64,000 nt of DNA, taken from contig JBLDXI010000029.1 of the NCBI GenBank assembly GCA_047495785.1, positions 1,488,001-1,552,000 of the forward strand, read 5' to 3'. This document shows, piece by piece, positions 1-13,078 of this stretch; the first letter of the stretch is position 1, and each line of letters begins with the position of its first letter. The position numbers and the translations under genes were made by a program. The notes below the pieces were generated by a model. It was not told the origin of the DNA. It saw nothing but the letters and a program-made list of their open reading frames with translations, and did no database searches. Origin of the DNA: Lepidodermella squamata. Its lineage: Eukaryota; Animalia; Gastrotricha.

Positions 1-850
1 TTTCGCGCATGTCTAATAACTGTGCGCACTCACGCTTTTTTTCATCATTGACGCGCGATGCGTGCAGTAATTGGCTGGGAAAAGGCACGCGCTATAGCAA
101 AACGACAGCCTACGTCGGGCACTTTTATTTATAGCCGGCTTAATTTCACTGCGCCAGACTACGCTTGATAACGTGACTTATTCAGGTGCGGCAAAATATG
201 TTCAAGAAAACACGCGTTTCTCAGAGCGAATGGATAATTATGAGACTATTTCAATGAAAAATCTTGTGTTTTTCTACTCGATTGAATTTGACAGCCGATC
301 AATGTTTGATTTGAGACGACAAGCTAAAATGTATGATTTCTTTGCCCCATTTCAATCGACATTTGAACGACAATCCTAAACAATCGTCTGTGTTGAAACT
401 ATACCTACTGCGGTTGAGAGAAAATGTATGCTATGATGAACCAGCAGCTGATTTATGTATTTATTCATCTAACTGCGTTTGCTCAACAAATTCTGAAACT
501 TGAGCGGGCTGGATGATCCTGATTTTTCGGCAAAATCTTGAACATTTCTAAACTGTCCCAAATTTTGTTCGGCTTATCTTGGAAATTTAACGCGTAAATT
601 TTACCACTCGATACGGCACTGTGAGTTTCAAGATTCTCTCTAGAATTTGAAAAGGCTTATTCGTGAATATCTAAAATTTTTGGTTCCGCAAGACCCTGGG
701 AAATTCGGTTCGAAAAAAATTGAGGTAAAATTATTAGGCGGTTTAGTAAAACTTCAATAAGCTACACGATTCCTACAATTCGAAGGAGGACTTGCAATAG
801 GATAGATTTTATTTGGTCATTAGCATAATAATATATTCAAATATTACAGA

Positions 851-1047
851 CAGGGATGTGATCGAAAGAAAAGTGCAAACTTTGAGTCTTAAAAACTTTT
901 GAATGGGTGATCCTGGAGGACCAAATTTTCTACCACAGGTGGCACATAGGTATGGCTAACCCCAGTTAAAATTTGGCTGTTATCGGGTAGTTCATTGTTG
1001 CGTAACAATAATTGCAAATTTACACTTTTCCTTTGATCACATCCCTG
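851..1047. mobile_element. MITE with ~28-bp terminal inverted repeats (CAGGGATGTGATC...) and apparent 3-bp TSD AGA
   Basis: Begins CAGGGATGTGATCGAAAGAAAAGTGCAAA and ends TTTACACTTTTCCTTTGATCACATCCCTG. Flanked by AGA on both sides. Paralogous empty sites near 5101 (TACAGAGATATCAC) and 11295 (TACAGAGAAGTAC). Confidence 0.8.
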
Positions 1048-1350
1048 AGAGAATCACAAAATAAAATAAAAAATCAGTATCTTCACGGCATAACACGGCT
1101 TTTGTCGCATAACAATACTTCATATTATAGCAATTAGCATTACACAGTCCTATCAAGTAAACTCACTACTTGGCATAACCTCTGTCGTCACGGCCAAGAA
1201 AGACTGAGGACTATAGGCTATAGGTATCATACCATTGAACTTAATTTCAAAAAGTCACTGGTAACTGGTGTATAACATAAATAATTAGTTATTAATTCAA
1301 ATCAGTATCCAATACACAAAAACGACATAAACTTCGAAGAAATAGCATCT

Positions 1351-3247
1351 TCAGGGCAAATTTTTCTTGTACCAAAACTTGAGTATCGTGCCAGCCAAAT
1401 CGCGCTCAGCATTGTTCTGAATTTGAACAGATCCAACCTATCATAATTATTAAATGATTAGGTACTATTTATTAATTTTTTCAACATTTCATTCAAATTC
1501 GAGATAAAACCGGGTGATTTCTAAAATCAGCCAGCAAATAATATGCAAGTTTCGAAATTTCGTTTATCTGTAATTCTTTAATTTCTCGAGATAATGTATT
1601 GGGTATCTATCAAAATTACCGAATCAAATGTAGTGAACGGCATAGATTCCGGCGAAAAGGCAGGGGTCGAAAGATTGGCGGTAAGCAACGACATGTTGCG
1701 CGTCAAATCGTCAGCCATCGGGCTAGCAAGGCATTGCCGATAGACCTTGATACTGTTCGCGTTCGCCCACCATTTGTCATGCGCGAAGCAAAAATCAATT
1801 GCGTCGTCAATTGTGACGAGAACCCTTTGAAATATAGAATATATCCTACACCTTTACAAAATTTGCGGTGAGCGGAACCAAATCTGCTTGTTGCTAGTAG
1901 GAGTTGCTTTTTAAATAATTCTACGAATTCGAGGCGAAGCATGAGTTCTGAATGGAACACACAGTCTTTTAGAGAATGATACGCTGAATTTCAGTCATTT
2001 TTTTTATAATTATAGTGGTCAATCTTGATACGGAAGCAATACTCAAAAGTGATTTCAGACCACCAGAAAATCCCAAAATGGTTCCGCTACAGCATAACAT
2101 TTGGCTTCACTTACGACAAATTTGGGTGCGCTGGACTGGTGACTGTTGTAAATACCATCGAGAAGAAGCAGTTGCAGAAAGCTGTCACACGCAGCGGGTC
2201 GTGGCCGACTGCCGCGTCAAAACACGCCATGTTCTTGTTGCCTTTACATTCGTCTGGGCCGTTTTGGCACTCATAAATGTATTTTTTGTTTGTTACGTTG
2301 TAATGAGACTAAAGTTGAAGGCAAAAAATATATATGCATAAGTAAGTATTTCTGCTATCAGAACTAAACATTTGCCCGTTGTTGCACAAATTTTCTAAAC
2401 TATACAGGGTGGCCACAAAATTCTGCAGAAGGCGAATTCGATGCGCATCGATTCAATGAGAAGTTTCAGGAAATTGAGGATTGGCAAACGAATGCTTTGT
2501 CATTCTTAAACTTCTTGAAACTCCTCATTAAATTGATGCGCATCGAATTCGCCTTCTGCAGAATTGTTGGCCATCACCCTGTACACCGCATTTGTTCCAA
2601 TAGTAGCCCAATCGTTACCCTACGGTTGAAGGTTAATGTCGGCTCGAAACCTTGAAAAATGAGCGATTAACCAGAAATTATTTTTCGAATTACTCTAAAT
2701 TTTAAGAATGAAATTTTAGTAGCCCGCGCTGCTATAGGAACAAATACGGTATTACATAGGACTCTTGTAGGGGAGAGTGCAGTTGGAACCATTTAAAGGA
2801 CAGAATTTGACGGGGTTCCAACAGTCAATATTTTTCGCTTGAAAATGTTAAAGGGTGAGCACTAAAATCGAACTTCAAGTCGACCTAACTTTTTTTTATA
2901 AATTAATGATTCAAATTTTTTAAAATTACAACAGTTTTTCCGTATGGCACGAAGTTGATCTGGTACAGTTGGCTCGGTAAGACGCTGTAGAAGACCAGCG
3001 GGCCGACTTCACCGAGAAAAAACTGAGCGTCATTCTGGCCAAGCGATTGAAAATAGACGGAGACCGCCACCGGGCTGTAGGCGGTTAAATTTGACGGCAG
3101 GCCAGCGATTGCCTGTGAGAAGTTGGCGAAACGAGCCGGGAAGCCTGGCATAGTGGGATTGCCTCTGCCCTTGCTTTGGCTATTTACTGCCAATAGCAAA
3201 TCAGCTGCGAGAAGAACGGCGGCGGCCATAAAAATTCGCGATGACAT
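1351..3247 (-). CDS. GILT-like protein copy 1, lacking active-site cysteines; exons 3247-2930, 2308-2115, 1824-1620, 1437-1351
   Basis: Signal peptide; VSVYFQSLGQND at the CxxC position; FVPYGK; signature variant CQNGPDECKGNKNMAC; PFTTFDS; last exon VGSVQIQNNAERDLAGTILKFWYKKNLP*. All junctions are GT-AG and in frame, but the model needs an extra intron 2114-1825. Confidence 0.75.
2405..2581. mobile_element. Tc1/mariner-type palindromic MITE in intron 1 of GILT copy 1
   Basis: TA|CAGGGTGGCCA...CACCCTG|TA, with almost the whole element an inverted repeat. Empty site in GILT copy 2 intron (AAACTATTCACCGCATTTG, ~6452-6470). Confidence 0.85.
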
Positions 3248-3839
3248 GATTATTCTTTTAATACTTGCAATATTGCTACATTTTAGAAAAAACAGCAAAA
3301 TTACCACTTGAGAAAAAAAGTTACTCATCATCGACTTCATAATATTTGGCAAGTACTATTCAGCAGCTTTTCGAGAGAAATTAAAAATGAAATAGAAAGT
3401 AAAATGTGTCGAAGCTCGAAGCTAGCCAGTGAGTCAAAAAACCTTCCGCAAAACGTTGGACGAGCCCCTCCAACCCATCAAAGAGTCATCCAAAGCTTGA
3501 GGATGGATGGCCAATAACGCTTAGAAGGTAGATTCTAGCAATCTGAAACAGGACCATGACAAGGCCGGGAAACTAGTTGATATTGAATCCCTGTATAGGC
3601 TTCGATAATATCCTAAAGGGATGGTACAAGGGGTACCTAAAGGGATGTAGCTGCTTGGCAACTGCGACTATTTTCCCGGCTAAAGGCAATCTTTGCCCAT
3701 GCGGGAAGATTTCTTGCCTGGTAATTTTCGTCAAATGGAAAAGCAACAAGTTACAACCCGGCCGATTAGGAATTAATAATGGAGCAATAAGGCCGAGTAA
3801 GAATGCGACTTTTCAAAAAATAAGTGACAATAAACTAGC

Positions 3840-4800
3840 GAACAACCTAAAGGCTTCATTTATTGCAAACAATATTCCAGTTTTTGTTTGGAGTTCAGAA
3901 TTGTATAAATCCTCAACAGGTTTATATAGGCAATGATTCCCGCTACAGCGGCGTCATCGCGTTAGGAATCGTTCTGCTCTGCCGATGCACTGTCGTCGGC
4001 TTCGGCCGGCTACCACTGACGTCATTGCCATCGGCGCGCACTGCTCAGGCAAGTCGCTGCATTTTCAGCCAGCTTCACAATGCCACCACCGCGCGCCACC
4101 CTGTCGAACGCCGTTATTCAACTTTTTGCTATTAGGTCATGTGAGGTCATCGTCGAGTGCGCGGTCTGAACGTCCTAATTGCGAGAAATTCAAATTGTTA
4201 ACAAGTTTTTTCGTTTGCGTTTTCATTTGGTTTAAAGCCAATTTCACTATAAATCTATTCTGCCTATTCAATTTCTTCAGTCTTAAAAAAATGTTAAAAA
4301 AATTTAAACATTTTTAAAAATAAACAATAGTAATGCTCGATTGTTCTATAATTTTCTTTCGGTTGCTTCATATGCTGCCGCACATCACATGTGAAATATC
4401 TTTTTGAACAAAATGAAAATGCAAAAGAAAAAAGGTGTAGAAAAAACTTACTAGCGACTCAACATTTTCGGGTGGCTATTTTCGAAGGGTGAACTAGGTC
4501 GCGATTATAGGAACGCTGGTCGTTGGTTGAGATTCAAAAAATCGCATACATAGGTGCTTTCAGACACCGGGTAACTTTACACTTCAGGACGTAAAAATGA
4601 GCGTTGTAGGTAGGAATGACCACAGCTGAAACGCTATATCGATTGGATTAAAAAAGATACCGGCGAAATTGTCTGAAACTAGGTCAATTACACCTACCTG
4701 CTACTGGTAGCAAATTCAAATTTCAAATCACGAGCCCAAATGTTAAATAGGCACCGCAAAAACTCCAACTTCTTGCGACATAAATGATTTTCATTTTTCT
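3840..4800 (-). pseudogene. Degenerate unidentified gene co-duplicated with the GILT unit (other copies ~8000-8995, 9900-10320, 13490-14420, 19240-20300)
   Basis: Blocks such as GATTCCCGCTACAGCGGCGTCATCG and TTTCAAATCACGAGC recur upstream of GILT copies 1-4. The minus strand shows a GTAAGT donor (~4450) and protein-like fragments broken by different stops and indels in each copy. Confidence 0.45.
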
Positions 4801-5735
4801 TGAATTTAATAAGAAAGTTCTATTTCGAATCCTATTCCAGAACCTATACCCCGACAGCCTGCCAGCTATTATTGGTCCCTGCATCAAGTCGCTAGCAACG
4901 AAATCGTTGATTTTGATACTTCTTACGTCAGCGATCTGGCTTATTCTTCAAGTTCTGGGAGATTCGGTTGGAAAACATTCGAAGTAAAATTATCGGGCGG
5001 TTTGATAAAACTTTCAGGAAGGTATGACACGCTAAAATCCAAGGAGGATTTGAAATAGGATATTTTATTTGGTAATTAGCCTAACATTAAAGTCAATTAA
5101 TACAGAGATATCACAAAATAAAATGAAAAATCAGTATCTTCACGGCAATTTTGTCGCCATACCAAAACTTCATATAACAAATAACAGTATACGGTCTTAT
5201 TAATTAAAACTCACAAGGCGTAACTTTTGCCACCACGGCCAATAAGGAAGATTGGGGGCTTTAAGCAATTTCATAAGGTCACTAGTATAATAAAAATAAT
5301 TAAGAGTGACTACTATGATATGTACGAGATTTTCGCTAGTCGTACATATATTCGAATGAAAACTTAGAATTTCAGCCAATTACTCAATTTTAATCCTCGC
5401 CCATCGGTTATGGTGGCTCCACCTTAACAAAATGTGATTTTAACAAGTTAAAATAAGGCTCAAAAATACCTAAAAGTGCATTTCCAACTCAGTTTGACAC
5501 TATCAATCGAGTTGATTAGACAAAACTTGAGCCTCTCTTCTTAGGAGGTATTGCTTCGGGCAATAATTGTGTTTGATTGCCTTATAAACTAGTTTTTTAA
5601 AAGTTTGCTTATTAAACTAGTTGGATTCCCAATCCAACTATATTGCTTATTAGACTACGACATATATGTACGAGCAGCCATTCCGAATAATCAATTCAAT
5701 ATCAGCCACAAAGTGAAAGAAAGAAATCAGCATCT

Positions 5736-7295
5736 TCAGGGTAAATTTTTCTTGTACCAAAACTTGAGTATCGTGCCAGCCAAATCACGCTCAGCATTAT
5801 TCTGAATGTTAACAGATCCAGCCTGAAATAATTGAAAGATAACGCATTATTAAATAATTTTTTCAACTTTTTTAAAGATCTACGTGAGGAATTTTTTTCA
5901 ATTTTTTCAAATTCGAGATAGAACCGGGTGATTTATAAAATCATCCAGGAAATAAGCTGCACAATGTTTCGAAAATTTTTCCAACAAATAAGATAATGTA
6001 TTAGGTATCTATCAAAATTACCGAATCAAATGTAGTCCACGGTATAGATTCAAGCGTAGAGATAGGGGTCGAAATATTGGCAGTAAGCAGCGACATCGTG
6101 CGCGTCAAATCGTCACCCATCTGGCCCGCAAGGCACTGCTGGTAGATCTTGGTACTGTTCGCGTTTTCCAACCATAAGTGCGATGCGAGGCAATACTTAA
6201 TATCGCGGTCCATTTCCAAGAAAGGAAATGTCGATAAGGCGTTGAAGACGCAGTTGAAAAACGCAACCGCGAGCGTCAAGTCGTGGCCGACTGCCGCGTC
6301 AAAACACGCCATGTGCTTGTTGCCATAACATTCGTCTGGACCGTGTTGGCATACATAGTCGTATATGTGAGTTGTTGCGTTGTAATGAGACTAAAGTCGA
6401 AGACAGAAATAATCAGAACTAAACGTTTGCCCGTTGCTGAACAACATTTCCAAACTATTCACCGCATTTGTTCCGATTCGCTAATAATATAATCACCCAG
6501 CCCTATAACAGTAGCCCATTGTGGAGGGGTCAAGTCGGCAAAAATTCAAAGAACAGAATTTGAAATCAGACAAATCACAATTCAACTCCAGCGTAGCCAA
6601 AGTTGCCTCCTGCTGAAAAAAATTTAGCACCAAAATGCGCTCTTACAAATGTTGAGAATTTCATAGTTGATTCAAAGCAATCCTTATTTCCTGGAATTTG
6701 AAAACACTACATAATAGTTATAAGGGTGTAATCTTTCATAGATCGTAGAATTCGAGTTGAAAATGCCAGATGACTAGTTTTGTATAAAATAAAGCCAAAA
6801 CGGGGTTGCAAGTTGTACAATGAAACGATGACTGGCAAAATGATCACTAGACCTTTCCTGTCCTAACTCAATCTGTCCTGCAATTATATGTTGCTTTTCC
6901 TAACATTGTCGAGCCGCCCTCTCTTCTTCGTAAATTGATTATTTTTAATTTTTGAAAATTACAACAGTATTTCCGTATGGCACGAAATTCAACCGGTACA
7001 GTTGACGCGGTATGAAGCTGTAGAAGACCAGCGGGTTGATTTGACCGGTGAAAAACAGAGCGTTAGGCTCGCCAATCGATTGAAAATAGACGGAGACCGC
7101 CACCGGACTGTAGCCGGTTAAATTTGTCGGCAGGCCGGCTATTGCATGCACGAAATTGGAGAAGCGAGCCGGGTAGCCTGGCATAGTGGTATTGCCTCTG
7201 CCCTTGCTTTGGCCATTTACTGCCAATAGCAAATCAGCTGCGAAAAGAACAGCGGCTGTCATGGAAATTCGCATAAACATTATTATTCTTTTCAT
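5736..7295 (-). CDS. GILT-like protein copy 2, lacking active-site cysteines; exons 7295-6963, 6390-6022, 5822-5736
   Basis: Signal peptide; VYFQSIGEPN at the active site; FVPYGN; CQHGPDECYGNKHMAC signature; IPWTTFDS; in-frame GT-AG junctions. Start Met is uncertain among several. Confidence 0.88.
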
Positions 7296-8915
7296 AGAGG
7301 CACTACTCTACATTACAGAAAAATCAGCAAAAATATCACATAAGAAATGTCATTTATGATTGGCGTAATATATTAATCGATCAAACGGCCTATAAGATGA
7401 TATGGAATTTCTTGACCGATACGTAATACCGATTCTTTTAATACAGGCAATTATGCTATACTTAAGGACAAACAGTAAAATTCACACATGAGAAACATTC
7501 CTAAAAGATAGACTTGTTTTGAATTCGAAAGGAAAATAAATAATGTCTAGGATAGTAATCGAATACTTGATCTATGGGTCTAAATTTGCAACACAAAATT
7601 CGATCATTCTGGCATAATTCAAAAGTCAAAAACCTCAACCCTCAACCTATAGACTATAGCCCCTCGAACCCATCAAAGAGTTCTCTCAGCATCTAACTAT
7701 TGCTTCAAAGTCTGGAACAATAGATGGCGCTTCAATTAACCGTGAAGCTTCAAGCAGCAATGCTTCCCGGGAATATATGTATTAAGATAAGTGCCAATAA
7801 GGCTAAGAGGGTAGATTCTACATCAGAACCATGATAACACTAAGAAACTAGTGGACATTCGAGAAATTGATTCCCTGTATAGGCTTGGATAACATCCTAA
7901 AGGGATTGAACAAGTTACAATAACCCGAATTGATAGTTTTGGGATCAATAAAGGAGCAATGAGGCCGAGTATATATGCAAAAATATGACTGGGAAACAAA
8001 CTAAAGACTTCATTTATTGCAAACAATATTCCAGGTTTTGTGTGGGGGTTCAGAGTTGTATAAATCATCAGCGGGTTTGTATGGGCAATGATTCTCGCTA
8101 CAGCGGCGTCATCGTGTTAGGAATCGTTCTGCTCTGCCGATGCACTGTCTTCGGCTTCGGCCGGCTACCACTGACGTCATTGCCATCGGCGCTTACAGCT
8201 CAGGCAAGCCACTGCATTTTCAGTCAGCTTCACAATGCCACTCTGTCGAACGCCGTCATTTAACATTTTGCTATAAGGTCATACTTGTCGCATAGTCGAG
8301 TGCGCATCAAAACGTCCTAATTGCAAAAAATTCAAACTGCTTACTACTTATTTATTTTGTATTATCATTTTCTTCAAGCCCAATTTTATATTGGTGATAA
8401 ATTTTTTCTGCCTACTCTTGTTGTTCATTTATTTTATTCTTTTCAAATGCAACTTCTGCTTGATTTTTTCATTTTTTCAGCTGCTTCATACCTAAAAGTA
8501 CTGCACGAAAGCAGTTGATAAAAATTGGGCGCTGGGCCAGCATTGCTAGAGAAATTTAAATTTGTTTTGAACAAATGAAACAAGAAAGATGTATAGAAAG
8601 GACTTGCTAGCCACTCAAGAGTCAACATTTATACGGGTTTTCTTTTCAATTGGTGAACTAGGTCGCGGTTTCAAATTAGCCTGATGATTGATTGATATTG
8701 ATTGAGATTTAAAAATCGCAGGTAATTTTGCACACAGGTTAAATGAGCGTTGGAGGAATGATAGGAGCCGAAACGCTCTATAGATTGGATTAAAATCAAA
8801 TATGCTGGTAAACTTGGCACGTGTCTGAAACTAGGTCAATGACTCCCTTCTGTTTGAAATTTGAAACCACGAGCCCAGCTGTTTTCTGGTCTAAAAAATT
8901 CCGACTTCTAGGCGC

Positions 8916-10552
8916 TTAAATTATCTAATCCAGGGGAACTGGAATAATGTTATAATTTCTGAAATAACGAGGACAGTCATGACTAGCATCCATTTGGTAA
9001 AAAAAGGTCCGTAATCCTCTTAAAAATGCTCAACTTCTCTTTAGCGAAGCGAGCTTTGGCCTTTAGCAGGCGCAATTGGTGACGATTCGCCATCAGGAAT
9101 GATCTGAAAAACCTCCAAACCAAGAAAAATATCAAATTTACCGTTATCTCTTTTTTAATCTCAATGCCGATTAGACGTGGCAACTGAAACGGTCTTACCC
9201 ATGGATGGCGCCAGATCAATTATCAGGGCTGGGTTTGTATATCCACTATATCTAACGTCGATGGTCGACTAAGCACCTTGTTCAATTAGCTGCCGTTGAA
9301 TAATCGCCAAATTCCAACTTGAGTCAATTCAAACCTGGGTGCGAGCGCAGCGAGCTTTAGCTGACGGTAAAGTTGAAGATTTTGTGTCAGGATTAGCCGG
9401 AAATTGCTTCAAAACTCCTCTTCCATTGGCCTCAGGCCTCATAACGGGATATCTCTAATTACCGAAGTTCCAAACCAAAATGATGGAAGATAACTATTTT
9501 TCTTAATTCCAGTGAAATCATACAATTCTACTGCCCGACCGAGCTGGGGTGTCGCGACACCCCAGCACCCCTGTACTTCGCACCCTGCATGTAGTACGAA
9601 CTTGCCAGCTATTTCTTTTTGCTGCTACCGATGAAATCGTTGACTTTGATTATTCATAGTTGTGAGTTTCTCAAATGACTCGACAACTCAGAGCAAAAGT
9701 TCTGTATTGATTTCGATACTTCATTCGTCAGCGATGTGGATTATTCTTCAACTTCTTACTACAACGACAAACCTTTTCGCCATGTTCGGTAGTTCGCGAA
9801 TCACGGATTCAACTTCGGCCTCTGCGGCTCCGCTTGGATCTTGGATACGTACCGATCTCGAATCGAACCCTTTTGCATAAATTGCAATGCCTCATTGAAA
9901 TTGTACTTTGAACGACTACTGCGAAACGCTAAAATCGATTGGGTTACAATTGAAGAAGCTGGTGAAATGGGCCAAGTGTCTGAAACCAGGTCAATGACAC
10001 TTATCTGTTGCAGGTAACCATTTCAAATTTTAAATCACGAGCACAGATGATCTCTAGCGGGCGTATGAATTCTGAATTCCCAGCATAAATGATTGCTGAT
10101 TGCAGGTGAATTATTGGAATTGTGTATGACTCTGGGTCAGGTATCCGATTGTGAGGTTCTAAACTGTCGTCCTGCTAGCTGAACACGATTTTATCGGAAA
10201 GCTGATAAGAATTTTGGAGTTTGGTCATCGGACGATATGAGAAATAATCTCCTTCTATAATTATGCGACCAAAATTAATAATTTCATTTTTCTTCAATTC
10301 AATTCAAGTTTAATTCTATTTCGCATAGACAAAGCATCAAACAAGGTATCAAACAAGTCATAACTGTATAGGGGTGGGGGTGATTTCCATTTTTCTCCTG
10401 CCTTTGTCCTCTTCAAATCCGGAAATGGTATAGACGCAAAAGTCGAGGAGAGGGTAAATAAAAGCATTATTATTAAATTATCTAATCCAGGGGAATTGGA
10501 ATAATGTTATAATTTCTGAAATAACGAGGACAGTCATGACTAGCATCCATTT
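8916..10552. repeat. ~78-bp near-perfect direct repeat (8916-8995 and 10473-10552) enclosing a mosaic ~1.5-kb insert
   Basis: TTAAATTATCTAATCCAGGGGAAYTGGAATAATG...GACTAGCATCCATTT occurs twice. The insert contains discoidin-pseudogene pieces (~9600-9900) and a block highly similar to ~19996-20297. Confidence 0.8.
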
Positions 10553-11180
10553 TCGGCAAGGCTAGCTATTTTGAAGTTCAAAACTATCTATAACGAAGCC
10601 CTGCTAGCTTAATTTCGGACTGCTTAATTCTATTCTATTAATTCAATTCTTAATCTAATTATTATTATTATTATTACTATTATTATTATAAAATCCCGAG
10701 AAATTAACCATCTATTTTCTCGCAAAACTCTCTTTTAGGTTCTAACAACAAACCTGAAAGAGCCAGCACTGATTCAACAAAATCTTTCCCACCGAAATGT
10801 CATGATTCAGCTGAACATGTTCCGCTCCTTTCTCGAAGGTATACGCGGTCTTACGCAGTCTTAAATTATATCTTTGATCTGGCCGTGCAAAATTCGGCGC
10901 CAAAACATTCGAGCCAAAACCTCCGGAAGGCATGACACGCCACAAAATGTCTACAATTCAATCTTGGAATAAGGCTAACTGTCATGTAACAGAAAGTAAA
11001 ACGTGAGAATGTCTATCAGCCGATGCCATGTACCCGAAAGCAGGTAACGGAATGTTCAAAGAACCGAATGCAAACGTCATATTGTCAAATCTCCGATTGT
11101 CAAACACCCGAAAATTTTATAACATATTTTATTTGATCAATATCGTAACATTATAATAATCAAACACTAAATATTGTTAA

Positions 11181-11220
11181 TGTCTGAAGATGACGTCAGA
11201 TGACGTCAAAACGTCACAAT
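11181..11220 (+). ncRNA. Minimal hammerhead-ribozyme-like motif (Penelope-like element type), probably inactivated
   Basis: TGT-CTGAAGA-T-GACGTC-AGAT-GACGTC-AAAACGTC-ACA: CUGANGA core, perfect stem II, AAAA where GAAA is expected, GUC site, 3-bp stem I, AATAAA just downstream. Confidence 0.45.
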
Positions 11221-11482
11221 CTCAAATAAAAAAGGAAAATGGTCGCAAATTGTTTACATTAAAAATTTCAAAAAGAAACATCTAACTAAATATTACAGAG
11301 AAGTACAAATAAATTACAAAATCAGTATCTTTGTGGTAAATTTGTCGCATAACAATACTTCATGTAACAGTAGTAGGTTAAGCAGTAGGTTAAGGTCACT
11401 GGACACTGGTATAATATAGCTAATTAATTAAATACCAGCAGTAAAGACCAGCCATAAAATGAAATAGGAAAAATTAGCATCT

Positions 11483-13078
11483 TCATGGCGAATTCTTCGC
11501 GTACCAAAACTTCAGTATCGTGGCAGCCAAATCGCGCTCAGCGTGCCCCTGAATGATGGCAGATCCAACCTAAAATAATTGCACGAATAGGTATAATTAA
11601 TTCTTTTAATAATATTTCGTGAGCTTTACGCGAAGAATTCTTAAAATTTTTGGTAATTTAAAATCAGCCAGCAAATGTTATGCAAAAGAAATTATTAAGA
11701 AATTTTTCGGAAGTGAATTTTTTCCTTCAATATATAGCATTCGTTTCAAAAATATAGTGTTGGTAGATGTGCTCATGCAATATTTTTTGATACAGCACTC
11801 GTAACTCGTAAATCGTTTGTATCTGAACTCGCCGTACTCGATTTACTCATCTTCACTCGTCTTCGACTCGTTCCGATTCGTAAATCTCGGCCGGCTCCGT
11901 TCAGATATAGACTCTTTACTAGTGCTATACCAGACAAATATAGCATTCGCTCAAAAAATATAGTGTTAGTACCCATGCTCATGCAATATTTTACGATATA
12001 GCACTCGTAATTCATTCATATCTGGATTCTCCGCACTCGATTTGGTCATGCCCGCAATCTCGTGCTACGAATCTCAGATATAAATGAAACACTCGTACTA
12101 TATCATACAAATATAAGCTATTGATGTATCAAAATTACCGAATCAAATGTAGTCCACGGAATAGACTCTGCCGGGCGCGTAAGATACGCTGTAAGCGAGG
12201 ACATCGTGTGCATCAACTGGTCGCCGGTCCGGTTCGTACGGCACTCCTGATAGACATTGTTCTGGTGCTCATTTAACCCGCTTCTCTGATGTGCGCTGCA
12301 CAACTGTTCACATGTTGCGATAGAACTAACCGATTGTAAGCTCGTGAAGACGCAGTTGAAAAAAGAAACCACCCGCGTAACGTTGTGGCCGACTGCAGCG
12401 TCAAAACACGCCATGAACCTGTTGCCATAACATTCGTCTGGACCGTTTTGGCATTCATACCCGAATTGATTAGTTGCTGAGATGAAATGAGACTAAAGTT
12501 GAAGAAATAATTAAACGTTTTTCTTTTAACAGCATTTTCTTTCATCACAGCGTAATATATGCCCGTTGCTGAACAGAATCATAATAAATTCCCATTTTCA
12601 GAATAAGGCCTGGATTTTAAGAACATTACGTAATAGTTGAACGCTTTACTAATTTTACGGTTAGTGGCATTTTTGAATTTTGGTTCATCTGTTAAAATAA
12701 AAAATGTTAAATTGTAACAGAATTTTAGATTGCTGTTTCTGAATTGTTTCTGAATTGATAATTTTCGAGAATTACATAAGTATTTCCGTATGGCACGAAA
12801 TTGATCCGGTACAGTCGATGCGGTATGACGCCGTCTTCGATCAGCGGGCCGATTTGGCCGAGGAAAAACCGAGCGTCCCTCGGGCCAAGCGATTGAAAGT
12901 AGACGGAGACCGCCACCGGGTTGTAGCCGGTTAAATTCGTCGGCAGACCAGCTTTTGCCTGTTTGAAGTTGGAGAAACGAGCCGGGTAGCCTGGCAGCGT
13001 GGCATCGCCTCCGCCCTTGCTTTGGCCATGTACTACTAGCAATTCAGCGACAAAAAGAACGGCGGCTAACAGGAACAT
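11483..13078 (-). CDS. GILT-like protein copy 3, lacking active-site cysteines; exons 13078-12776, 12492-12139, 11569-11483
   Basis: Signal peptide MFLLAAVLFVAELLVVHG; VYFQSLGPRD; FVPYGN; CQNGPDECYGNRFMAC; IPWTTFDS; last exon ...ILKFWYAKNSP*. Confidence 0.88.
11732..12070. repeat. ~208-bp tandem-unit dispersed repeat in intron 2 of GILT copy 3; further copy at ~15852-15962
   Basis: ATATAGCATTCG...GCACTCGTAA occurs at 11733 and 11938. GAACTCGCCGTACTCGATTTA...CAGATATAGACTCTTTACT is shared with 15852-15950. Confidence 0.75.

Noticed and set aside
1-400. GC-rich left edge and 68-aa ORF 173-379
   Set aside because: Probably a repeat cut by the window boundary; no terminal structure or homology could be established.
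3577-4317. Plus-strand ORFs in the repeated spacer block (also 7985-8263)
   Set aside because: Frames are not preserved between the spacer copies, which differ by frameshifting indels.
11732-12070. CRISPR-like or regularly spaced repeat array
   Set aside because: Only about 1.5 long tandem units with no repeat-spacer structure, in clearly eukaryotic DNA.
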